In this document: positions 9,336-17,964 of the stretch, in pieces
Numbering within the stretch: position 1 is the first letter of the stretch
Layout: each line of letters begins with the position of its first letter
IMG/VR virus record: IMGVR_UViG_3300049460_000123
Coordinates: 1 to 64,000 of that record
Source: a virus
Reading direction: 5' to 3' (one strand)
Length of the DNA stretch: 64,000 bases
The notes under the pieces: generated by a model
Seen by the model: the letters and a program-made list of their open reading frames with translations, nothing else
Told to the model about the DNA's origin: nothing
Database searches by the model: none
Translations under genes and position numbers: made by a program

Positions 9336-9351
9336 GTCGTGACTACAGCAT
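9336..9351 (+). promoter_or_regulatory. GTCGTGAC-class phage promoter
   Basis: GTCGTGAC-TA-CAGCAT. Confidence 0.7.
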
Positions 9352-9379
9352 AGCCCGTGTACAACACACAGGCTATGCA

Positions 9380-10693
9380 ATGGCTACCAAAGTACCTCAA
9401 GACCAGTTTGAGCGCACCGCGCGCAAGCACCAATTCAACGCGTATGCGACCGCAAAAGAGCTCGGACTCGATCACTCGAACGTACTCAAACGGATTCGCA
9501 AACTCAAAGAGCGGATCGGCGAGCAGCCGGCACACGAGCTCGAGCCTGCACCACCCGGCGCATATCGCGACCCCGCGAACCCGAAGCGCCTTATTCCACT
9601 GTCAGAAGATCAGCGCAAGTACCGCGCCGACTGGTCTGGCGAGGATTGCATCAACGAGCTGCGCCGCGTCGCGATGCTCGACGAATCGCGATCGGTCACG
9701 CGTAACTATTTTCGTGTGCACTCGGATATTTCAGAGGCTACGTGGTCAAAGCACTTCGGGTCGTTCCTCGAGTTTAAGCGTCAGGCAGCGCTGATTCTCT
9801 CACGCCATGCACACGGCCTCGAGCGCCACATCGCAAAGCACGCGAGCAAGGACAAGCAGCGCGAGATCAACGTCGAGAAGCGCCAATTCGAGGACGCATA
9901 CCTCCGCCCCAGCTCAAAGCGGTTTCAAACCGTGCTCGTCGGATCCGACATTCACGACATCGAGTGCGACCCATTCTGGCGCCGATGCTTCATGGACACC
10001 GCCAAGCGCGTGCAGCCGGAGAAGATCGTAATTAATGGAGACGCCCTGGACCTGCCAGAATTTTCGCGCTACTCGCAGGATCCGCGCGACTGGGACGTGC
10101 TGGGCCGAATCAAATGGCTCCATGAATTCCTTGGTGATCTGCGCACGACATCTCCCGAGTCGGAGATAGTCTACATCGCCGGCAACCATGAGGAGCGCCT
10201 CCTGATTCACCTCAGCGAAGCTACGCCCGCGCTCAAAGTCGTGCTGTCGGATCTGCACGGGTTCACGGTATCGAAGTTGCTCGGACTCGATCAATTCGAG
10301 GTGAATTTCATCTCGCGATGCGACTTGTCGACGTTCACGTCGGCAGACATCAAGCGCGAGCTGAAGAAGAACCACCACATCATGTATGACTGCCTTCTGG
10401 CGCACCACTTCCCTGAAGGCCGCGCAATGGCATACCCAGGGTTCAACGGCCATCACCACCGGCACGTTTCCTGGTCTAGCTACTCGCCGCAATTCGGCGC
10501 GTTCGAATGGCACCAGCTCGGCGCCGGCCACCGTCAAGCCGCGACGTATTGCGCCGGCGAGAAATGGGGCACCGGGTTTCTGCTCGCACACGTCGACACG
10601 CACACGAAGCAGACACAATTCGAATACATCGACGTGCGCGACTTCACCATGATAGGAGGCCGCTTCTACCAGCGGAAAGACGGCGAGATCTGA
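9380..10693 (+). CDS. Calcineurin-like metallophosphoesterase with N-terminal HTH / homing-endonuclease-associated repeat
   Basis: SDIH, NGDALD, GNHE, HH, GHHH motifs; N-terminal TAKELGLDHSNVLKRI and SEATWSKHFGSF. Confidence 0.85.
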   Translation: MATKVPQDQFERTARKHQFNAYATAKELGLDHSNVLKRIRKLKERIGEQPAHELEPAPPGAYRDPANPKRLIPLSEDQRKYRADWSGEDCINELRRVAMLDESRSVTRNYFRVHSDISEATWSKHFGSFLEFKRQAALILSRHAHGLERHIAKHASKDKQREINVEKRQFEDAYLRPSSKRFQTVLVGSDIHDIECDPFWRRCFMDTAKRVQPEKIVINGDALDLPEFSRYSQDPRDWDVLGRIKWLHEFLGDLRTTSPESEIVYIAGNHEERLLIHLSEATPALKVVLSDLHGFTVSKLLGLDQFEVNFISRCDLSTFTSADIKRELKKNHHIMYDCLLAHHFPEGRAMAYPGFNGHHHRHVSWSSYSPQFGAFEWHQLGAGHRQAATYCAGEKWGTGFLLAHVDTHTKQTQFEYIDVRDFTMIGGRFYQRKDGEI

Positions 10694-10695
10694 TA

Positions 10696-11385
10696 GTGGG
10701 CGCGATCTATCGGATCCGGAACCTGGTCGACGGGAAGGTGTACGTCGGCCAGGCCGTCAACGTCAAAAAGCGCATGTATCGCCACTTGTGGGAGTTGCGA
10801 TCCGATCGGCACACGAACACCCACCTGCAGCGAGCATGGAACGCCCGAGGCGAGCACAGTTTCGTGTTTGAGATCGTCGACGATGACGTCGACCTCGCCG
10901 AGATCACGCAGCGCGAGCAGTATCACATCGATGCGCACCGCTCAGCCGATCCGGAATTCGGCTACAACAAGTCGCCAGCGGCTGGCAGCAATCTAGGCGT
11001 GAAATACAGCGCAGAGTCGCGCAGGAAAATGAGCGAGGCACAGAAGGGGCGAACGTTCACGGACGACGCGCGCCGGCGCATTGCGCAGTCGCTAACCGGC
11101 AGAGTAATTTCTCCAGAGACGATCGCCAAACGCGTTGCTAAGACGAAAGGAATGAAGCGGACCGAAGAAACGCGACGCCTAATGACGGAAATTCATTGCG
11201 CCAAGAATGGCACGCAACCGCTCGAGGCATTCGGCCGGACGCAGCACATCAACGATTGGGCAAGAGAATACGGGATAAACACCGGCACATTGCGCAACCG
11301 GTTGAAACGATCAGGCATGCCGCTCGAACAGGCATTGACGGCGCCCAACCACAAAGGGCGCCGAAAAGACTTGATAGCAGCCTAA
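10696..11385 (+). CDS. Free-standing GIY-YIG homing endonuclease with NUMOD3 repeats
   Basis: GAIYRIRNLVDGKVYVGQ; EQYHID; GYN; SAESRRKMSEAQKG repeats. Confidence 0.9.
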   Translation: MGAIYRIRNLVDGKVYVGQAVNVKKRMYRHLWELRSDRHTNTHLQRAWNARGEHSFVFEIVDDDVDLAEITQREQYHIDAHRSADPEFGYNKSPAAGSNLGVKYSAESRRKMSEAQKGRTFTDDARRRIAQSLTGRVISPETIAKRVAKTKGMKRTEETRRLMTEIHCAKNGTQPLEAFGRTQHINDWAREYGINTGTLRNRLKRSGMPLEQALTAPNHKGRRKDLIAA

Positions 11386-11753
11386 GCAGCTTTCTCGATC
11401 GCGGCCGCTTCAGCAGCATGATCGGCCGCGACATCCATGCAGATCCCGAAGATCAACAACTGGCCGCACCGCTCGAACATCTCCGGATCCGCCGGAAACC
11501 AGCCGAGCCCGGCTAGAAAGCCCTCCGCATACCGCACCGGCGGAAAATCCACATACCGCACCGTCGAGCGCCAGCAATCATCGACAAACCGATAGATAGC
11601 CGCCGTGCGCGAGATCACTGGACCCCACTCCGCAAAGTCTGCGCGCACCTTGTCGCGCAGCGCGCCCTTTTCCCATTCCGTCATCCGCGAGCGCTCGCAG
11701 TAGAGATCGAACGCCTCGCGGAAACCGGCCGGAACCGATATTTGCGCTGTCAC
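11382..11753 (-). CDS. Hypothetical protein
   Basis: GTGA-overlap start with the deaminase stop. Confidence 0.6.
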   Translation of the reverse strand: MTAQISVPAGFREAFDLYCERSRMTEWEKGALRDKVRADFAEWGPVISRTAAIYRFVDDCWRSTVRYVDFPPVRYAEGFLAGLGWFPADPEMFERCGQLLIFGICMDVAADHAAEAAAIEKAA

Positions 11754-12082
11754 TGCGATACCGCCGGCGGCGCACCGATCGTCAGCGCCGCGACGCCCGC
11801 ACCGAACAGCGACTCCTGGCAATGCTGGCACGCGTACGTGTGCCCCTCGACATACGCGTGCGCGCCGCGCGCCAACTCGCCGGCCAGCTTGAGCGCGACT
11901 CTCTCAGCATGCCCCTCCTGCTGGCACACCGAGACGCACAAATCGTAACCTACGCCCGTCGGCAGACCCGCGCGCGGGCAGACGGCCTGCGGATTGTGGC
12001 ACCAGTTTTCGCCGACGATGCGATCGCCGCTCGCGGTTACCAGAGTGCAGCGCACGGTCGTTTTCACGCAAGGACCAATCAT
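11750..12082 (-). CDS. Cytidine/dCMP deaminase-like zinc enzyme
   Basis: HAE...ACQHC catalytic motif; ATGA coupling to the methyltransferase. Confidence 0.8.
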   Translation of the reverse strand: MIGPCVKTTVRCTLVTASGDRIVGENWCHNPQAVCPRAGLPTGVGYDLCVSVCQQEGHAERVALKLAGELARGAHAYVEGHTYACQHCQESLFGAGVAALTIGAPPAVSQ

Positions 12083-13467
12083 TTTCCAATCTCCGCGTCG
12101 ATGCGCCGCCCGAGCCATTTCATGCCGGGCACCGCCATTGAGTTACCAATCGCCTTGTAGCGCGGACCATCTTTCGCCGGCTTGCCGCGCACCAAGACAT
12201 CTGTGTGGCCATCCCTGAAGCCCTGCAGGCGCTCGCACTCAACCGGCATGAGTCTGCGCACGCGCATTCCGACCAACGCGCCGTTGTGGCGCCGTGGCCC
12301 ATTGTTTGCATCTAGCGTTGCATGTACGTCTGAAAGCCGCACCCCAGACTGACTGACCTGAAATGCCAACACTGGTGGCTCAGCTTTCGCCGGTAGCGTG
12401 TGGCACAGATCCGGACCGGGGCGGCTGCGATTAGTCGCACTCGTTATCTGGTTTGGATCAAACACGCAAACCGCCTGCGCCTGCGGGCTCGAGCATCCCA
12501 GCGCGCCAAACACTTCCGTGCTGCTCACCGGATCTTGTCGCGCATCAAACGCGATCGCTTGCAGCGCAAACGTCTCCACCTCAAAATCAATGCGTTGGCC
12601 TTTCGCCGTGAGGCAGGCGGCGACGTCGATGCTTCCGGACGTGTTCCCTCCGCCGTATCCGACAGGCTGAAGGAGCCCGGGAGTACTTCCGCAATCAGGT
12701 TGCCCGCGACGGCGGCCAAGGCTTGACGTAATGGTTCCGGCAACGTCTTCTTGCGCTTCTCGGCGCGGCGGAGAATCCCGGCGCACGCCTTCGGACTCAA
12801 AAAGTACTGCGGCGGGATCGAATCCGTCTCGAGCACTTGCGATAACGAACACACGACGGCGTCGTTGGGCCACTCCGAAATATTGGGCATCCAAGACCCG
12901 CCACGCGATTGCTCTTTGGGGTCCAAGCACATAACCAGCGTTCGACCATCTTTTCCCTGCCGGCTTGAGCGGGCAATCTTCTCCGGCCAGCGCTCCCAAA
13001 AAGCATCCAAAGGCGTTGTCGTCGGTGGACAGGACTCCTGGGACGTTTTCCCAAACGATGACTGCGGGAGGCTTTCCTCGAAAAGATCGGGCTGTGTCGA
13101 TTGCATTGGCGAGCTGGACAAATGAAAGTGTGAGTTGACCGCGCTGATCGGATAGGCCGCCGCGCAGGCCTGCAATACTGAACGCCTGGCACGGCGTGCC
13201 GCCTACCAGAACATCGGGTGCAGGCAGGGAACCGGAAATGATTGCCGCCGCGATCGCTGTCATGTCGCCGACATTCTCGACGTCTGGCCAGCGCTGCTTG
13301 AGCACCGTCGACGGGAATTTCTCGATCTCAGCGAACCACGCCGCTCGCCAGCCGAGATCCTCCCAAGCGACTGTCGCGGCCTCGATGCCGCTGCATACAG
13401 ATCCGTACGTCAGTTTTGAGGAGTCCTCAGCGCCTTGCGGCGCCGCGTTGTTTTGCGAGCGTTCCAT
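12079..13467 (-). CDS. DNA cytosine-5 methyltransferase (main polypeptide)
   Basis: CSGIEA, GGTPCQAFS, WENVPG, QRRRRVF, RRLMPVECERLQGF, YKAIGNS. Confidence 0.95.
   Translation of the reverse strand: MERSQNNAAPQGAEDSSKLTYGSVCSGIEAATVAWEDLGWRAAWFAEIEKFPSTVLKQRWPDVENVGDMTAIAAAIISGSLPAPDVLVGGTPCQAFSIAGLRGGLSDQRGQLTLSFVQLANAIDTARSFRGKPPAVIVWENVPGVLSTDDNAFGCFLGALAGEDCPLKPAGKRWSNAGYVLGPQRAIAWRVLDAQYFGVAQRRRRVFVIASARDGFDPAAVLFESEGVRRDSPPRREAQEDVAGTITSSLGRRRGQPDCGSTPGLLQPVGYGGGNTSGSIDVAACLTAKGQRIDFEVETFALQAIAFDARQDPVSSTEVFGALGCSSPQAQAVCVFDPNQITSATNRSRPGPDLCHTLPAKAEPPVLAFQVSQSGVRLSDVHATLDANNGPRRHNGALVGMRVRRLMPVECERLQGFRDGHTDVLVRGKPAKDGPRYKAIGNSMAVPGMKWLGRRIDAEIGK
12525..13106 (-). CDS. Nested alternative-frame polypeptide resembling the EcoHK31I-type methyltransferase beta subunit
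   Basis: MQSTQPDLF...NISEWPNDAVVCSLSQVLET...YFLSPKACAGILRRAEKRKK, wholly inside the C5-MTase gene. Confidence 0.7.
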   Translation of the reverse strand: MQSTQPDLFEESLPQSSFGKTSQESCPPTTTPLDAFWERWPEKIARSSRQGKDGRTLVMCLDPKEQSRGGSWMPNISEWPNDAVVCSLSQVLETDSIPPQYFLSPKACAGILRRAEKRKKTLPEPLRQALAAVAGNLIAEVLPGSFSLSDTAEGTRPEASTSPPASRRKANALILRWRRLRCKRSRLMRDKIR

Positions 13468-13469
13468 TT

Positions 13470-16322
13470 TTAGAATTGCCCTTCCGTTTCCGAGTCGTCC
13501 GCCAGGATCGGCCCGAGCGGAATCGTGATGCACTTCGCCTGAATGCCGGCGAACTTCGCGGGTTTGTGCTCGTTGCGCGTGGCGCCCTTGATACGCAGCA
13601 GCGCGCCGCGCAGATCCGCCTCGAACGGTGTGCCGGACACCAGCGAGCGCAACTGTTCGGACTTGTTCGCGATCAGCAGCACCGTCTCACGTACCTTCAT
13701 GCCGTGACGACCGAGCAGCGCGTCGGCATCGCTTTTCGTGACTACGCCGACCTCCGGGCCGGCCGAAGCCTTGACGAGCTCGCCGACCGAGTAGCGTGCG
13801 CCCTGGTGTTGGATCAGCGCGGACATGAGCGTGCCGAGCGCACCTTGCGCCTCGTCCGTCTCGTTGTTCTCGCGATGCTCCGACCAGTCGAAACCCTCGA
13901 TCATCTCGTCAGCCTGCTCCGGCGTCGCCTCATCGCTGCACATCAGCGACCAGCAGCCGGCCAGCAGCGTGCCGTACTGATCGCCCTCGCGTTGCGATCC
14001 GAAACGCTTGGCCGCCACCGATGCGAACACCTCGATATTTTTCTGGATCACTGGCAGCATGTTGAGCGCACGGCGCATGAGGCGCGCGGCGATCGTCTCG
14101 TCGCTCTTGATCGTCACATACAGATCGTCCTTGAGCTTTTTCCAGCCGTCGGCCGCGTTATCATCCTCGCGCTTCGGACGCAGAGACATGACCGTCAGAC
14201 GCTCGACGTCGGCTTGATGCTTGATCGCGACCTGGATCGACGCCAGGCAGAACATTGAGCGGATATGGAACGACATGGCCTCACCGCCGGCCGTGCCCTT
14301 GAGCGTGCGCGCTTCAGATTCCGTCGACGCCTGGCGGATCAGAGACAGCACGTTCTGGATCCGGCGGATGTCGCCCTCCTCATTCGATTCAGACTCGTCG
14401 AACAGCACCGGACGCGCGTCGTTCTTGAGCCACTGGCGCACACCCGCCTCCGAGCTATTACCCTGAGCGAACAGCGACGAGCCATTCATCAACGGGAAAA
14501 CGTACTCGTTCAAGATACTGCTCTTGCCGCAGCCGGCGCCACCAGTCAACCAAATGTGCGGGCGCCAGCGCAGCGCGCCACAGATCGGCGCTAGCATCGC
14601 AAACCCGGCGAGCAGCGCGGCAGAACCCGGCATCGTCCAACGGAATTGCGTGGCGAGTTGGAACAGCTTGACGCCGTCCTCATCGCTCAGCGGATCCGCC
14701 GACGGCTCCGGCATCGCGATATCGATCCCGTAAGCGAAACGCGACTTGATGTCTTCCAGCTCCACAGATGCGCCGTCGACCGTCAGCCGGCCGCCGTGAT
14801 GGAACACGACGCGGCCCTCGTCGAGCCATGCGCCGCGTCCGCGCCGGCGGCTATTGTCGTAGACACCTTCGGCATAGCATGCGCGCATCATGAAATTCAG
14901 CGCCGCTTTGCCGTTGATCCCGCCCTGCTTGCCGTTATTGAAATGGGTTTCCCACCACATCAGCGGCGCAATGCCGAGCATGAACTTTTCGGTCAGCTCG
15001 CGCTCGTTGCGCTCCTTGACCTGCTTCGATTCGTTGTGGAAGAAGAAATATTTGTCTTCCTTGTAGCCGAGGCAGCGGAAATAACGATTGTCCGTCGGCA
15101 TGTCGACCTCGTCGTCGACGTGCGAGCTCGCCGGCGGATTCGAATCAACGGGCAGCATTCCCGGCAAGTAGTCCGGAGCGTCGAGCACATCCGCGCCCGG
15201 CATGTCTTCCCACGGCGGAACGTCGGCCGCGTTGACGGGCTCGCGCACCTCGACCGGCTCGACCACCGGCGCCGGCGGATTCAGCGTGTCAGCGATCGCG
15301 CTGCGCACCGCATCGGCACCCCCGAGCGTCATCAAGTCGTTAAAGTCGTTCGGCCCGCGAATCTTGCCATCAGGATTGGCGACACCCAGCGCCGCGTCGA
15401 ACGCCGGCAGCGCGATCAGCGCGCCGACCGCCTCGCGCACCTCGCGCGCACGCGTCAGACCGGGATTCTCGACCGGCTTGAGTGTCCACTGATCGTTGTC
15501 CGCGCACACGATAATCGTCGCGTCAGGAAATGCGCCGCGCATGAACTCTGCCACCGGAAGCAGGTTCGGCGCATCGAATGCGACGATTACGGCGTGCCCG
15601 GTTGCCTCGTGCAGCGTCGCGCCGGTCGCGTAGCCTTCACAGATCAGAATGACTGACTTGCCCTCGTGCTCGAGGGGTTTGCCGAACGAGAAGTAATGCC
15701 CGTGCTTGTTCGCGCCGCTCAGATAGTCCTTGTCGCGGCCGAGCTTCTTGCTGTCCGGCAGGATTGCCTGCAGCGAGTGAATGACCTTGCGCGACCAGAT
15801 CGGAATCAGCAGCGCATTATTCGAGATGAGCGACACCTCGCCCGTATCCTGATCGACCTTTTCCCACGTGCCGACGCGCAGACCATACGACTGAATGCCC
15901 TTGCGCTTCAGGTACGGATGATCGTCGCCCTCGATCGGCGCCGCCGCGTCCCAAATGCGATTCGCCAGCGCGGCGGCCTTCGCGTGCCGTTCTGCCGTCT
16001 CCGCCTCGCGCCGCGCGCGGTCCGCTTCCATCTTTTCGCGATAAGCGCGCTTTTCCTCCGCCGTCATCTGAGGACGGTCGACCTTCATCGCCCACGAGAA
16101 CGACGCGTCATGCCCATACTTGCCGTTGTGGCCGTACTTGCCGGCCGGGCGGTCGTCGACGTGCAGGACGTACCAGGCGTCTTTTACATTCTTGCCGTCG
16201 CCATCCGCATGAATTCGGTGCAGCTTTCCATCGGCGACAATATCCGCCGGATCGACGCGGATGTCCTGATTGAACATCGCATCGACGAATTCCTCGATTG
16301 CCTGCGTTTCATGCACCACCAC
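13470..16322 (-). CDS. DNA primase-helicase (TOPRIM plus P-loop ATPase; P4-alpha/TraC-like)
   Basis: HPYLKRKGI, CEGYATG, ADND, DFND; GGAGCGKS, LFDESE. Confidence 0.9.
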   Translation of the reverse strand: MVVHETQAIEEFVDAMFNQDIRVDPADIVADGKLHRIHADGDGKNVKDAWYVLHVDDRPAGKYGHNGKYGHDASFSWAMKVDRPQMTAEEKRAYREKMEADRARREAETAERHAKAAALANRIWDAAAPIEGDDHPYLKRKGIQSYGLRVGTWEKVDQDTGEVSLISNNALLIPIWSRKVIHSLQAILPDSKKLGRDKDYLSGANKHGHYFSFGKPLEHEGKSVILICEGYATGATLHEATGHAVIVAFDAPNLLPVAEFMRGAFPDATIIVCADNDQWTLKPVENPGLTRAREVREAVGALIALPAFDAALGVANPDGKIRGPNDFNDLMTLGGADAVRSAIADTLNPPAPVVEPVEVREPVNAADVPPWEDMPGADVLDAPDYLPGMLPVDSNPPASSHVDDEVDMPTDNRYFRCLGYKEDKYFFFHNESKQVKERNERELTEKFMLGIAPLMWWETHFNNGKQGGINGKAALNFMMRACYAEGVYDNSRRRGRGAWLDEGRVVFHHGGRLTVDGASVELEDIKSRFAYGIDIAMPEPSADPLSDEDGVKLFQLATQFRWTMPGSAALLAGFAMLAPICGALRWRPHIWLTGGAGCGKSSILNEYVFPLMNGSSLFAQGNSSEAGVRQWLKNDARPVLFDESESNEEGDIRRIQNVLSLIRQASTESEARTLKGTAGGEAMSFHIRSMFCLASIQVAIKHQADVERLTVMSLRPKREDDNAADGWKKLKDDLYVTIKSDETIAARLMRRALNMLPVIQKNIEVFASVAAKRFGSQREGDQYGTLLAGCWSLMCSDEATPEQADEMIEGFDWSEHRENNETDEAQGALGTLMSALIQHQGARYSVGELVKASAGPEVGVVTKSDADALLGRHGMKVRETVLLIANKSEQLRSLVSGTPFEADLRGALLRIKGATRNEHKPAKFAGIQAKCITIPLGPILADDSETEGQF

Positions 16323-16378
16323 TCAACCCCCGTAACTCAAAACCTAGGGCGCAATTGTACGCCAACGCGCGCCCGCCG

Positions 16379-16396
16379 ATACTCTTTTTTGATTAA
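16379..16396. promoter_or_regulatory. 18-bp operator, degenerate (ATACTCTTTTTTGATTAA), upstream of primase
   Basis: Partial match, intergenic. Confidence 0.5.
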
Positions 16397-16397
16397 G

Positions 16398-16847
16398 TCA
16401 CAGGAGGTTTTGACGCGCCGGCTTTTGCGGCCGGTAGTCGGCGACGATCTTACGCGCGGCCTCTGCTGAATTCGCGAAACCAGCGATTCCACCGGCATTT
16501 TTGACGACCTGCGTGAAATTTATCTGGCCCTTGCGCTTGTTGCCGCCGCCGGACTCCTTCATCTCGATTGCCGTGAAGACCGCGACCTCGCATCCGACCA
16601 TCTCCTCAGTAATGATCAAGCGAGTCCATCCGAGTGTATCGCTCGTGCCCTCGATCGGATCGCCCTTCGGATCCGCCAGGCCCAGCGCGACCGGCCGCGC
16701 GTTCGGCACCAGCACGGATCCGTCTACCAGGCGTTGCGGTTTGCCGCCGCTCGACAGCCATGCCTTGCCCGTGTTGACGCGGAACAGTGTCGTTCCGAGC
16801 GACGAGACGGCGAGCCACGCGCTGCGCAGTACGTTGGACTCTTTCAT
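16398..16847 (-). CDS. VRR-NUC domain nuclease
   Basis: GTSDTLG...FTAIEMK...QINF...GGIAG. Confidence 0.85.
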   Translation of the reverse strand: MKESNVLRSAWLAVSSLGTTLFRVNTGKAWLSSGGKPQRLVDGSVLVPNARPVALGLADPKGDPIEGTSDTLGWTRLIITEEMVGCEVAVFTAIEMKESGGGNKRKGQINFTQVVKNAGGIAGFANSAEAARKIVADYRPQKPARQNLL

Positions 16848-17440
16848 GCGGCCGCCGCGTTCGATTCAGCGATCAGGCGCGCGTCGAGCTCGAGCGCGGC
16901 GTGATGCTCCATCGCCGCATCCGGCGCCGGCGCGAGCCACTTCGACGGACGATCGTCGCCCTCCAGATAGGTGCGCACGAACGTGAGCAGCATGACGATA
17001 TTGCAAAGGAAGTGCCCACGGTGCGGCAGATGCGACTCGCCGTCGTTCGGCTCGCCGGCCATCATGCCGAACAGAACATGACGCGCGGCGCACGCGATCG
17101 GCACGCTCCACTGCATCCCTTTGGCCCAGTTCCATTCGGCGTATTTTTTCCGGCCGTAGTCGAAGACCGCAGCGCACTCGCCCCATGCCGGGCCGATCGC
17201 GGCGATCGCCTCGAGCAAGTCGGCCTCAGTTCCGCCCTCCTGGAAGGCCGCCAGCGCGTACAGAGCATCGATCTCCGCGCCGTACCGCGCGCGGCCGCGT
17301 ACGTGCTCGCTATGCTGTGCAATGGTCCGCAGAGGGATCAGTTCAAGTGGGATTTTGCCGGCGTTGTATCGGGCGCCGGCGCCCTTCGTTTCGGCGTTGA
17401 CGTCGCCGATTCCGTGCTGATGATTCGCGATGGTCTGCAT
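16844..17440 (-). CDS. dATP/dGTP diphosphohydrolase-domain (DUF5664-like) protein
   Basis: RYNAGKIPLELIP, YGRKKYAEWNWAKG, ARH, DGESHLPH. Confidence 0.8.
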   Translation of the reverse strand: MQTIANHQHGIGDVNAETKGAGARYNAGKIPLELIPLRTIAQHSEHVRGRARYGAEIDALYALAAFQEGGTEADLLEAIAAIGPAWGECAAVFDYGRKKYAEWNWAKGMQWSVPIACAARHVLFGMMAGEPNDGESHLPHRGHFLCNIVMLLTFVRTYLEGDDRPSKWLAPAPDAAMEHHAALELDARLIAESNAAAA

Positions 17441-17488
17441 AGTCTCTCGAGGCGTGAGGGTTGACGAACACGCCCCGAGATCAGACCG

Positions 17489-17935
17489 TCAGAACGGGAC
17501 GTCGTCATCCTTTTCAGGTGCGGCAGTCCGATTCGATGCGGCTGGTGCGGGGCGTTGCTGGCGAGTGGACGAATTATTCGTGTCACGACCGCCGCCCGAA
17601 CCGTCCGGTTTTGCGCCGAGCATCTTCATCTCCGACCCCTTCACCTCAGTCACATACTTTTCGACGCCCTGATTGTCTGTGTACTTGCGAGTTTTGATCG
17701 AGCCCTCGACGTACACCAGCGATCCCTTGACGAGATACTCAGCGGCGACCTCAGCCAGCCGGCCAAAGAACGCGACGCTGTGCCAGGTAGTCTCCTCTTT
17801 CATCTCGCCAGATTCTTTGTCTTTCCACCTTTCCGACGTCGCGACCTTGATGTTAGTCACGGCATCGCCCGACGGCAGGTGACGCTTTTCAGGATCCGCG
17901 CCGAGGCGACCAATGATTTGCAGCTTGTTCAACAT
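17489..17935 (-). CDS. ssb: Single-stranded DNA-binding protein
   Basis: [15 protein letters not shown]...KGSLVYVEG...DDDVPF. Confidence 0.97.
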   Translation of the reverse strand: MLNKLQIIGRLGADPEKRHLPSGDAVTNIKVATSERWKDKESGEMKEETTWHSVAFFGRLAEVAAEYLVKGSLVYVEGSIKTRKYTDNQGVEKYVTEVKGSEMKMLGAKPDGSGGGRDTNNSSTRQQRPAPAASNRTAAPEKDDDVPF

Positions 17936-17964
17936 GGTGTTTCCCTTCTATTGACTGTGGACGC

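Noticed and set aside
17582-17589. GTCACGAC copy inside ssb
   Set aside because: Coding position with -10 spacing off by one; a few chance hits are expected
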